DNA from: Candidatus Latescibacterota bacterium
GTDB lineage: Bacteria; Latescibacterota; UBA2968; UBA8231
Direction: 5' to 3'
Assembly (NCBI GenBank): GCA_965215195.1
Contig: CBDCDC010000002.1
Span: forward strand, 1,056,001 to 1,120,000
Length of the DNA stretch: 64,000 nucleotides
The stretch's first letter is position 1. Each line of letters starts with the position of its first letter. The translations under genes and the position numbers were made by a program. Below are positions 19,299 through 28,483 of this stretch, one piece after another. Below the pieces are notes generated by a model, which saw nothing but the letters and a program-made list of their open reading frames with translations, was not told where the DNA came from and did no database searches.

Positions 19299-21310
19299 CC
19301 GCTTTCTCGCTAGTGCCGCTGCTGCTGGCTGGGGCGGCTTGGGGACAGGCGTCGGCATGGGTCGTGGGCGCGGGTGGCGAACCTTGGGCCGAGGTAGCCG
19401 AGCGCTGGATCGCCCTCGACGACTCCGTGCGCCCCGGGGCCGTACAGCCTCGCGCCGTGCCCCCGGGACGCAACGTGCTGCGCGGGTTGGTGCGCGCAAC
19501 GGGCGTTGCCGCTCAGGTCAACATCTTTGACTACCCTTGGGCCTTTACCAAAGACCCGGACCGGCTGGAGACCGACAACCAACTCGTGGGCTGGAATCCG
19601 CGCATGTGGGGAGGCAACGCAGCGGTGATGCGCGGCCTCATAGATGGCGACGAACTGACCGACTCTTTCGTCCATCCGCCGCGCATCGACGGGCGGCCCA
19701 ATGCCGCGATCTTCTTCACGCTCGACTTGGGAGTGCCCATCGCCCTCGACAGCCTCGTTTTCTTTCCGCCCCAAAGCGGCTTTACCGACGACAACCGACG
19801 CCAGCGCAACCTCTTTCCCGTGGGCTACGAAGTAACGCGCACCAACACGCCCACAGACTGGCTCATTTTCGAGGAAGAGGACGTCGCGCTCGGCTCGCCC
19901 GGCTACCATCCGCTCGACGAGCTGGTCGGCAGCACCTTTTCCAACAACCAGAGCATTGTATCGCTGCGGCCGCCCCTGCGCTTTACGCGCTTTTTGCGCT
20001 TCAAGTTCGGCGGCGTCACATCGCTGGGCATCCTCGCCGAGCTACAGGCCTTTGGCCGCGGCTATCCCCAAGTGGCGCGCTACTTGTCGCAGGTCAAGTC
20101 CTTTGGCGAGCCGGTGAGCCTCGGCCGGATTACTTGGCACTTCACTCGCTACCGGCAGACGAGTTCCGGCCGCATCGTCGAAGACCCAGCGGCCCCGGTG
20201 CAGCTGATCATCGAGACGCGCTCCGGCACGGACGACGATCCAATAGACCACTTTATTTACGACGAGCTCAGCCGCCTCCTCAAAGTGGACCGCCCGACCT
20301 ATGAAGACGCGCCGACGGTCGTACACGCCAGCAACGAGCGCGCACCCGGGTTCCAAGCGCGCCGCGGGGAGGACACTGAGAATTGGACGCCTTGGTCCAT
20401 TGCCTACGTGGAGTCGGGCGACGAGGTGCGCTCGGCCGATGGCGGGACGTTCTTCCAGTTTCGCTTTGCGATCGCCACCGAGCAGCCCTTTGCCTTTGGC
20501 GTGCTGGACAGCGTGGCCTTTGAGGTGTCGCCCCTGTTGGCCGACAGTGTGCTGGCCGAGGTCTCGCTGGCCGGGCCGCTGGCCGACCCCAAGGTCCCGC
20601 TGGGCGTGGATACTGCGTTTGTCTATGACATTCGCACTGTTTTTGCCACCAGTGGCCGCGTGGGGTTTGACGCGATCGAATTGGACGTGCCGCCGGGCGC
20701 GCGCTTTCTCGACTTGGAAATTGACGAAGTGCCCGCGCAGGAAGGCGCGGATTTTTCCTTTGTCGCCGCGCCCAACAAATTCAGCTTCACTTTTCCGCGA
20801 GTTTTTGTCGCAGACACCTCGTTTCGCGTACGCTACCGCAGCGCGATCTACCAAGCCTCGCTCTTTTTAGAGGGGCAATTGATCAACCGCGACCCCCAAG
20901 CCGCCCTCTTGCCCCAGTCGATTGAATCGGGCGATGCCCGCGCAGATGTCGCCAGCAACAGCATCCAAGTGGTGGCCACCGAGGAAGAGCTGAGCGTCTT
21001 GGGTGCGCTGCGGCTGTCTGCGCCGGTCTTGACGCCCAATGGCGACCGAGCCAACGACATCGTCGTCGCGGCCTTTGATCTATTTGGCGTCAACCGAGCA
21101 CCGCTCGCCATGGCAGTGCGCGACCTCGCCGGCCGCCGCGTCGCCACTCTGCTCAGCACCACCGGCCAAGCCGGCTCCTACGCGCCAGCTTGGGACGGCA
21201 AGGATATGGGCGGAGCGTTGGTGCCTCCCGGCCTCTACTTGGTGCAGGTAGAAGTCGAAATAGACTTGGGCACGGTGACGCGGACGCACGCGATCGCCGT
21301 CGCCTATTGA
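19295..21310 (+). CDS. Secreted discoidin-like + FlgD-Ig/CTD protein (paralog)
   Basis: Probable TTG start overlapping the upstream TGA; LIDGD...LDLG...AELQAFGRGY; LTPNGDRAND...WDGKD...PPGLY...IAVAY. Confidence 0.85.
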   Translation: MTAFSLVPLLLAGAAWGQASAWVVGAGGEPWAEVAERWIALDDSVRPGAVQPRAVPPGRNVLRGLVRATGVAAQVNIFDYPWAFTKDPDRLETDNQLVGWNPRMWGGNAAVMRGLIDGDELTDSFVHPPRIDGRPNAAIFFTLDLGVPIALDSLVFFPPQSGFTDDNRRQRNLFPVGYEVTRTNTPTDWLIFEEEDVALGSPGYHPLDELVGSTFSNNQSIVSLRPPLRFTRFLRFKFGGVTSLGILAELQAFGRGYPQVARYLSQVKSFGEPVSLGRITWHFTRYRQTSSGRIVEDPAAPVQLIIETRSGTDDDPIDHFIYDELSRLLKVDRPTYEDAPTVVHASNERAPGFQARRGEDTENWTPWSIAYVESGDEVRSADGGTFFQFRFAIATEQPFAFGVLDSVAFEVSPLLADSVLAEVSLAGPLADPKVPLGVDTAFVYDIRTVFATSGRVGFDAIELDVPPGARFLDLEIDEVPAQEGADFSFVAAPNKFSFTFPRVFVADTSFRVRYRSAIYQASLFLEGQLINRDPQAALLPQSIESGDARADVASNSIQVVATEEELSVLGALRLSAPVLTPNGDRANDIVVAAFDLFGVNRAPLAMAVRDLAGRRVATLLSTTGQAGSYAPAWDGKDMGGALVPPGLYLVQVEVEIDLGTVTRTHAIAVAY

Positions 21311-21393
21311 CCGCGAGAACAACCGATGCTTAAACGCAACCTCATACACGCCACCCCCCCCATTCCAATCCCCCCCCCCAACGGGAAGTCTCC

Positions 21394-23865
21394 GTGATGC
21401 CACTACCCTCAATATCGGCGGCTCAGATCACTCCCCCCTTGGGGGGGAGTCGCCGCCCCCGGCGGCGGTGGGGGGCCAAGAGCGCAGCTAAAAAACTGCC
21501 CTTACTGCTCTTGCTCGCCGTTCACTCCGCCCTATGCGCTCAGGACATTGTTTTTGAGGGGACGGATTTTGCGGCGTGGAAGCATCCGGCCGGGCTCGTC
21601 CAAATCGGCTCTACCGGGGTCGTTGTCAAGCGTTTTGGCACGACGTTCAATGCGGTCGCCAATACGGGCGAATTTTCATCCGTTACCATTGGCGACTACG
21701 GCCGCTTGCCAGTGCGCACCCCCTCCAATCAGGCCCAAGCTGGGCTAGTGGCGGACCAAGACCACACCACCTATTGGCAGCCCGATCTAGGCGATCCGCT
21801 CCAGAAGTGGTGGATAGAGATCGATCTGGAGCGCGCGGTCGTCGCCCGCAAGGTCCGCGTGATCTTTCCCCAGACTGAGGACGCCCGTCCCTTTGAATTC
21901 TTTTCCGTCCACGTCAGCCCGGGCATTCAGGTCGTGGGTACGCCGGGCAAGCACATCGCGTTTGAGCGCGTGGGTCGCCCGGTCAACAACAACGCCGAGC
22001 AGGTGGTGGAGTTCGAGCTCAAAACCGCCAATAAGCCCCCTCCGAGCGGAACGCCCAGCGGGCAGTTTTTGGTAAAAAGCGACAGCTTGGATTTTTCCGT
22101 CATCCGCTTTGTGCGCTTTGAAGCGGCCGGCCAAACCGCCGGTGCCGCCCTCGCCGAAATCGAGGTGGACGGCATTGGCTTCAACCTCTCGACCCGGGTG
22201 TTTACCGAGGTACGCGCGGAAAAGGGCGAGGCGAGCTGGGGCGGCAGGACGTGGACCTCAAGGGCCCGCGATTGCGACGGCTGCGGCAAGGCCAGCGGCG
22301 CGGAATTCCTCGTGGATGCGGACGTGGGCCGGCGCCTGTGGAGCATCCAAGCCTCTTCCGGGGATCGCGATTGGCGCGACGATGGCGTCTGGTCGGTGAT
22401 CGACTTTGGCAACGTGTTCCGCATCGACCGGATCATCTTCGTGCCGCTCATTGGCGGCCGCAGCCCGTGGCTCTACGGCTATCAGCAGGGCGCGGTGGGC
22501 GGCTGGCCCATGTTCGACCTCCTCACGTCCGACGGCAGCCCGAGCAACACGGCCGACCCAACGGCGGAAGGGCCGTTTGCATACGAGTTGCTGTCCCAAG
22601 TGCGCACCAGCTACCCCTTCAACGACTTCCAATTTCCCGTGCGCGACACCCGCCTCATCCTCTGGCGCGTGATCGGCTTCTACGGGCGCGACGCCAATGC
22701 CTTGCAGCTTTTTGCCTTTCACCGCGAAGGCTATCCCAAGCGCGTCGAGCTAGAGTCCGACGACCTCGACTTGGGTGCGGCGCGCAGCATCCGGCGCATT
22801 GAGTGGGACGCCGACCTGCCGCCGGGAACGCGATTAGAGGTACAGACCCAAACGGGCAACGGCTTTACCGAGGTTACGCGCTACTTTCTCAAAAATGGCG
22901 ATGAAGTTACCAAGGAAGCCTATGAAGCGTCGCGCAAGCGCTATCGCGGCGACATTGTGCAAGAAAAGGTGCGCGATGCGACTTGGAGCACTTGGAGCCG
23001 GCCGCACCGCTTTTCCGGGCAGGGCTTTCAGTCGCCTTCGCCGCGGCGCTACTTGCGCACGCGCATTCGCCTGTACAGCGACGACTTAGACGTGTCGCCA
23101 GTGCTGCGCTCGCTGCGGGTTGTGGCCAACGATCCGGTCATTTTTGCCGGCCTGAGCGGCTCGGTGTGGCCGCGCGAAGCCGGGCTTGATTCTCTGACCG
23201 AATTTCGCTACACCATTAAGCCGCAGGCTTTCAACAGCCGCGACCCTGGGTTCGACCAAGTGCTAATCGCCTTGCCGCCGGGCAGCGCGGACGCCGAGCT
23301 GCTCGGGGTGCAGATACGAGGCCAGCAGGTGGAGGCCAAAAGCTGGCTCAGCGGCGATTCGCTGTGGGTGCAACTGCCGCCGCCGGTGGTAAAGCGCGAC
23401 TCGGTTGACATCGCATTTGCAACGCGGGTTTTTGCCAGCCCGACGGTCTTTGCAACCTTGGTCTTTAACTCCAGCCAAGAGGACAACGGGCAGGGGGTCG
23501 TGCCGGCCGAATTGGGGGCGGACCAAGTGTTTGTGCCCGAGGTGGTGCAGGGCGCGTCGCTCATCCGCAACGTGCGCCACGCCGCGCTCTTCACGCCCAA
23601 TGGCGACGCGGTCAATGACCTATACGAATTGAGTTTCACCGTCGTCAAGACCAACAAGCAGCCGCACGTGCGCGTCTTTTCCCTCGCTGGCCGCCCAATC
23701 GCCAAGCTGGCAAACGCCACGCCGCGCGGTGCCCGTGCAACCTACGCGTGGGACGGCCAGAGCAACGGCGAGCTCGTGCCGCCGGGCATGTACATAGTGC
23801 ATGTCGAATTGCAGACAGACCCGAAAGACGAGGTCGTGCAAAGGTACGTCCACGTAGCGTATTAG
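21394..23865 (+). CDS. Secreted discoidin-like + FlgD-Ig/CTD protein (paralog)
   Basis: WWIEIDL, AEIEVDG, WSTWS...SPSPRRY, FTPNGDAVND...WDGQ...PPGMY...VHVAY. Start uncertain. Confidence 0.85.
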   Translation: MMPLPSISAAQITPPLGGSRRPRRRWGAKSAAKKLPLLLLLAVHSALCAQDIVFEGTDFAAWKHPAGLVQIGSTGVVVKRFGTTFNAVANTGEFSSVTIGDYGRLPVRTPSNQAQAGLVADQDHTTYWQPDLGDPLQKWWIEIDLERAVVARKVRVIFPQTEDARPFEFFSVHVSPGIQVVGTPGKHIAFERVGRPVNNNAEQVVEFELKTANKPPPSGTPSGQFLVKSDSLDFSVIRFVRFEAAGQTAGAALAEIEVDGIGFNLSTRVFTEVRAEKGEASWGGRTWTSRARDCDGCGKASGAEFLVDADVGRRLWSIQASSGDRDWRDDGVWSVIDFGNVFRIDRIIFVPLIGGRSPWLYGYQQGAVGGWPMFDLLTSDGSPSNTADPTAEGPFAYELLSQVRTSYPFNDFQFPVRDTRLILWRVIGFYGRDANALQLFAFHREGYPKRVELESDDLDLGAARSIRRIEWDADLPPGTRLEVQTQTGNGFTEVTRYFLKNGDEVTKEAYEASRKRYRGDIVQEKVRDATWSTWSRPHRFSGQGFQSPSPRRYLRTRIRLYSDDLDVSPVLRSLRVVANDPVIFAGLSGSVWPREAGLDSLTEFRYTIKPQAFNSRDPGFDQVLIALPPGSADAELLGVQIRGQQVEAKSWLSGDSLWVQLPPPVVKRDSVDIAFATRVFASPTVFATLVFNSSQEDNGQGVVPAELGADQVFVPEVVQGASLIRNVRHAALFTPNGDAVNDLYELSFTVVKTNKQPHVRVFSLAGRPIAKLANATPRGARATYAWDGQSNGELVPPGMYIVHVELQTDPKDEVVQRYVHVAY
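21430..21476. repeat. REP-like double hairpin in the 5' end of the gene
   Basis: actccccc-ctt-ggggggagt followed by cgccgcc-ccc-ggcggcg. Confidence 0.5.
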
Positions 23866-23910
23866 CGCGGATTTTATAACGCATTACAACACAATAAAGG
23901 AGGCATAGCA

Positions 23911-25365
23911 ATGTATTATCTTAGCCGCACACTACTGGAAATCGCCGGGATACGCGGCCCTCTCTCTCCAACCTTTAGGACGCTGTTCTTGATGTTTGGC
24001 AAGATAACGGGAGGCCCTTCTCCTCGCACGGCTGAAATGATCCAAGCCGCTGCTCAGATGGGTAAACGTAGGGATGACTGTAACTATTTATCTGATTTTG
24101 TGAAGGAGTTGGCCCAAGACTTTTTTACGGAAGGCGTGGAAACGAAAACGCCATTTAAGGAAATCGTCGCCGACTTTGCACGACAGATAGAAGACGCCAA
24201 GATTCGTCGAAAAGTACTGTATCTTCTCGTGCGAGTAGCACCCAACAATGCGCCTTGTTTATATGAGGCGGCTGAGTCATTTGGACTGCCATCATGCGAA
24301 TTAAGGAAATCAATGTTTCCAACGATATTTAATATGCTTGGCAGGATGATACAGTCCGGTGACAGCTCTCATAGTTTAGCAGAAAATCAAATCAATGTAG
24401 TCGAAGAGGTCATGGATGTAGAAGAACTGGACAACGAGCAGAGACAACTAGCCACTGAGTATTTTTATGGCGGTGCGCAAGATTACTGGGGCTCTGGGGA
24501 TCTCAGGCTTCTTGCCGACGAATATGCAGAATATGAAGAAGACATCGATAAGCGTCGACAAACCCTGTCTTTCCTCGTGCAAACTGCTACTGCTTGTGGC
24601 CACTTGCATACAAGACTAGAGCGCGATCTCGAACAGGCGAGGGCCTCATTTGGACTTCCACCAGACGAATTGGAAGAAGAGATAGCCTTGGGAATGAAGT
24701 TTTTGATGTTTGGCTGCATGGCAAAGGCTGATGGTCACGTATCGGAAAGTGAAATCAATGTAGTCGAAACGTTCATGGACCTCGACGGAGAACTGGACAA
24801 CGAGCAGAGACGACGTTGCGTCAAAATCTTTAACAGAGGTAAGAACTTAACGTCACATAGGATTGCCGCTGCGATATTTGCAAAGTATGCAGGAGACACT
24901 GAGCGTTGGAAAGTCTTGTTGTATCACCTAGTGCTAATCGCCAGAGCTGATGGCGAAGTGCATGAGCAAGAGGATCGTTGTCTCCGCGATGTAGCCGACG
25001 TCTTTGAACTTTCGGGTGCTTTGCGTACTATAACAGAACAGATAAAAAAAGAAGAAGAATACGTGCAGAAATGCTATGAGAGCTTGGGCTGTGCCCCTTC
25101 GGTTTCCGACGCCGAACTGACCAAGTGCTACCGCGACTTGAGCCGCCAATACCATCCCGACGTAATCTCCTCCAAGAACCTCGCGCCGGGCTTTCACAAA
25201 TTTTCCCAAGAAAAATTCCAAGAGCTTCAAGAGGAATACGAAACCATAACCAAACACCGCAAGTATGGATTCTTACCGCCCGCTACCCCACCGGCAGGGG
25301 GTGAAGCCCCAGCGGATCCCTCGATAACCAAACACCGCAAGTATGGATTCTTACCGCCCGAGTAG
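23911..25365 (+). CDS. DjlA-like co-chaperone with repeated TerB-like modules and a C-terminal J domain
   Basis: MAKADGHVSESEI and IARADGEVHEQE (TerB); YRDLSRQYHPD...KFQELQEEYE (J domain HPD); RBS aaggagg. Confidence 0.85.
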   Translation: MYYLSRTLLEIAGIRGPLSPTFRTLFLMFGKITGGPSPRTAEMIQAAAQMGKRRDDCNYLSDFVKELAQDFFTEGVETKTPFKEIVADFARQIEDAKIRRKVLYLLVRVAPNNAPCLYEAAESFGLPSCELRKSMFPTIFNMLGRMIQSGDSSHSLAENQINVVEEVMDVEELDNEQRQLATEYFYGGAQDYWGSGDLRLLADEYAEYEEDIDKRRQTLSFLVQTATACGHLHTRLERDLEQARASFGLPPDELEEEIALGMKFLMFGCMAKADGHVSESEINVVETFMDLDGELDNEQRRRCVKIFNRGKNLTSHRIAAAIFAKYAGDTERWKVLLYHLVLIARADGEVHEQEDRCLRDVADVFELSGALRTITEQIKKEEEYVQKCYESLGCAPSVSDAELTKCYRDLSRQYHPDVISSKNLAPGFHKFSQEKFQELQEEYETITKHRKYGFLPPATPPAGGEAPADPSITKHRKYGFLPPE

Positions 25366-25424
25366 CGTCCCACTCCGGCGCGTATTTCTGCTTATCGCCG
25401 GAGAGAGCAAACGAATGGAAGGAC

Positions 25425-25592
25425 ATGAAGCTCAACTGCGTTGAAGACGCGGACACCGCATTTATCGAGTTCACTTCGCAGCGCGTCGCCGAGACTCGCA
25501 GCTCATGCGATAACATCCACATAGACCTCGACGCGCAAGGGAACCTCGTCTCCATGAAGATCGAGCACACCGAGAAAAGCACCAACATCTTA
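25425..25592 (+). pseudogene. DUF2283-like protein interrupted by a MITE
   Basis: DADTAFIEF...DLDAQGNLVSMKIEH; the ORF runs into the repeat at 25593. Confidence 0.6.
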
Positions 25593-25776
25593 GAAGCGGT
25601 CTGCTTCACCGCGCCTTTAGGCGGGACAAACCCCCGGCGTACCGCGTTGAGTAGCGGTCAAATGGAGCGTTTGTCGAGGGCGAGACGCCCTCGGAGGGGC
25701 ACTTTTCGAGGGCGAGACGCCCTCGCTCCAGATTGCTGCACACAAGGGACGGTTCGCGGAATTTTCAGACGGCTTC
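25593..25776. mobile_element. MITE family A (IS5-like ends), copy 1
   Basis: TIR gaagcggtctg/cagacggcttc, flanked by TTA on both sides; closely similar to 46193..46403. Confidence 0.8.
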
Positions 25777-25789
25777 TTAGAGTTCACCT

Positions 25790-28483
25790 TTGAGCGTCAA
25801 CCAAAAACGACCGCGTGACAGTGGCCACTGGCCACCAAACAGGAGAGAGGACTTGACACGCCTAACGATACTATTGCTGTATGGTGGTTTGCTCCTCGCG
25901 CCGCAGCCGTCCGCGGCCTGGCGCACCACCGGATTTGACAATCCCTATTACACTTCGGCCACCGAAGTCGCACCCTCGACCCTCGTCCCTTCGGTGCGCA
26001 AGTGGTATCAGCCGCAGCGCCTGTACGAACTCTACGACTGGCGGCAAGACCAGTACTCCAACTACGCACGCAATCCCTACCAACGCTACAACGACGTCTT
26101 CTTGGAGGGATCGCCCTTTTACGACATCTACGGCTCGTATATCAGCCAAGGGTGGCAGGTGTACAACTGGACCGAGAACTATCCCACGGCCAGCGGCAGC
26201 AGCATCTTCAAAAGCCCGCGCTTCAGCTCGTGGTTCAGCAACGTCCTCATCTCCTCCAGCCACTCCGGGCAGTTCCACTCCTCCCTGATGGTGGGCGACG
26301 GCATCCGCACGACCCTGACGCCGCTCACCTTTTCCAAGCCGCGCTTCGACGGCGTACAGTGGGACGCGATGTCAGACAAATACGCCCTGACCCTGCTCAC
26401 GTCGCGCGTCAACAACACCGGCGTCGTCTTAGGCACCGAAGGCGAAGCCGGTGTGCAGTTCAGCACGTTCACCAACCTGTGGGCCGCCAAAGGCCAAGTC
26501 AGCATCGGCGACTTCTCCAACGTTGGCCTAACCTTTGTCAACGCAGCCCACATGAACTCCAACATTCCCTTTGGCGACAATTCGCTCAAAGGGCAGCTCA
26601 GCGGGCCGATGAACAACGACTTCGTGCGCTCGATCATCGTGCGCATTTCCGATGACTCGCCCGAAGACGGCGAAGGCGGTGCCCTGCTGTCGCGCTGGCG
26701 CATTTTCGCCAACGGCGTAGAGCACACCGACGACATCGCACCCGTCGTAGAAGGTGGTTTCCGCCGCCGCGGCGTGATTGAAGCGAGTGGCACCGACGTA
26801 ATCACCCTCACGTTCAACATCGAGGACTTCGCGCCCACCGTCGATGACGAAATCGACGACTTCCGCGAGATTGAGCACGTGGAGATCGGCCTAGTACTGG
26901 CCAACGACTACAAGGTAGAGGTTGCTTCCAACAAACAGACCAACCAGCTCGGCGCACCTGTGTTCCTGACTGTGCTGCGCGCCCCGGGCAACGTCAAGGA
27001 CGGAGCCAACCAAGCCTTTCACACGTTTCGCTACGGCCTGCCCACCGGCAACCGCCTGCTCGGATTCGACCTGTCGATCAACGACGTGGCCGGCTTTGAC
27101 CTGAGGGGAGAATACGTGCGCAACTTCCAGTACCGCCGCTTCCCCAACGAAAACTTCATGCGCGATCAAGCCCTAGCCACCAACGCGGCCGAAGCCTTTT
27201 ACGTAACCGCGCAGAAGCGACATTACCCGTGGACCGTCTTTGCCGAAGCCTTTAGCATGGACGCAGAGTACTCGACCCAAGCCTTTATCCCAAACTCCGA
27301 GGGCGAGGTGTACTACGGCAACGAGCAGCAAAGCGCGTACGAGTTCGTCGATGACAACGACGATCAAGACGAATTGCCCGACTGGACTCGGCGCTACCAC
27401 GGCCCGCGCGTCAACACCCGCCAAGGGGTGGGGCTACTAACCGACAACGCGGTCTTTCCCGGGATCGACGAAAACAACGACGATCTCTCGGATTTCAACC
27501 GCAACTACAACCGCCTACCCGACTACGCCGAGCCTTTTCTGCGCTTCGAGGTGGATCCCCCGGACTTTCTCTTTGGCATGGACATGAACAACAACGGGAT
27601 CATCGATCGCTTTGAAGACGACTCCGAAGCGGACTATCCCTACAAACGCGGGCACCGGGGATACAACACGTACGTAGGCGTTGAAATCGCGCCGGACATA
27701 AACGCGATGGCCGGCCGGCTCGACGAGCGTCTGCTGAAAACCGCCCGCGAAAACGCCACCACGTACCTGCTCTTGACCGCAAGCGAAAAGTTCCCCCGCT
27801 ACAACCTGCAAGTGCGGCTAATTGTCAATCCGCGCAAGGTTGCAGACGACATTCCCGAGGACGTCTTTTTGTGGGTCGATACGCCCGGCACCTTCGGGGA
27901 ATCGCGCTTTATCCGCGACCAACTCGTGGCACGCGATGCGTTCGTCAACACCACGTATTTAGACGTGCGCTACGACCGCTACATCTCGTTTACCACCAAA
28001 GTCAAGCACGAACAATACACGCAATTGGGGTCGGCGCGTGACGAGCTAAACAACCAGCGCTTCCTCGGCGTGATCAACAAGGCCCAGTACCCGCTCCACC
28101 TGCGCTCTTGGGACCTGACCCTGAACTGGAAACAGCTATACAGCAATCGAGTGCCGGCCGACAAGGGCGCGTTGCAAACGTCCGATCTAACGGAGATTTT
28201 CTCGCTGCTGGCCGGCCGCGAGATCAACCGCAACATGAGCTTTACGGCCGGCGTCGAATACGAGATAGCCAACAACTTGGGCGAGCGGCCCGAGGGATTT
28301 CTAGAGGACGGCACCACGCTGGTGCTGGCCGGCCAGCTCGCCAACCAATCGGCCTATCAGGGGTATGCGCTGACGACCAACGTCGGGCTGCGCTGGACCC
28401 GCCAAGACCTCGACTCAGCCCCTGCATCGGCCAAGCTATTCACCTTCATCAGCGTCTTCGCCGGGCTGGGCAAGGACCTGTAA
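25790..28483 (+). CDS. Large hypothetical secreted/outer-membrane protein with acidic Ca-binding-like loops
   Basis: Signal peptide ending PSAA; DDNDDQDELPD, DENNDDLSD, DMNNNGIID; amphipathic beta-strands towards the C-terminus. Confidence 0.75.
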   Translation: MSVNQKRPRDSGHWPPNRREDLTRLTILLLYGGLLLAPQPSAAWRTTGFDNPYYTSATEVAPSTLVPSVRKWYQPQRLYELYDWRQDQYSNYARNPYQRYNDVFLEGSPFYDIYGSYISQGWQVYNWTENYPTASGSSIFKSPRFSSWFSNVLISSSHSGQFHSSLMVGDGIRTTLTPLTFSKPRFDGVQWDAMSDKYALTLLTSRVNNTGVVLGTEGEAGVQFSTFTNLWAAKGQVSIGDFSNVGLTFVNAAHMNSNIPFGDNSLKGQLSGPMNNDFVRSIIVRISDDSPEDGEGGALLSRWRIFANGVEHTDDIAPVVEGGFRRRGVIEASGTDVITLTFNIEDFAPTVDDEIDDFREIEHVEIGLVLANDYKVEVASNKQTNQLGAPVFLTVLRAPGNVKDGANQAFHTFRYGLPTGNRLLGFDLSINDVAGFDLRGEYVRNFQYRRFPNENFMRDQALATNAAEAFYVTAQKRHYPWTVFAEAFSMDAEYSTQAFIPNSEGEVYYGNEQQSAYEFVDDNDDQDELPDWTRRYHGPRVNTRQGVGLLTDNAVFPGIDENNDDLSDFNRNYNRLPDYAEPFLRFEVDPPDFLFGMDMNNNGIIDRFEDDSEADYPYKRGHRGYNTYVGVEIAPDINAMAGRLDERLLKTARENATTYLLLTASEKFPRYNLQVRLIVNPRKVADDIPEDVFLWVDTPGTFGESRFIRDQLVARDAFVNTTYLDVRYDRYISFTTKVKHEQYTQLGSARDELNNQRFLGVINKAQYPLHLRSWDLTLNWKQLYSNRVPADKGALQTSDLTEIFSLLAGREINRNMSFTAGVEYEIANNLGERPEGFLEDGTTLVLAGQLANQSAYQGYALTTNVGLRWTRQDLDSAPASAKLFTFISVFAGLGKDL

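Noticed and set aside
25675-25725. Repeated palindromic 19-mers as a possible CRISPR array
   Set aside because: Only two units per locus, short spacers, located inside MITE TIRs, and no cas genes.
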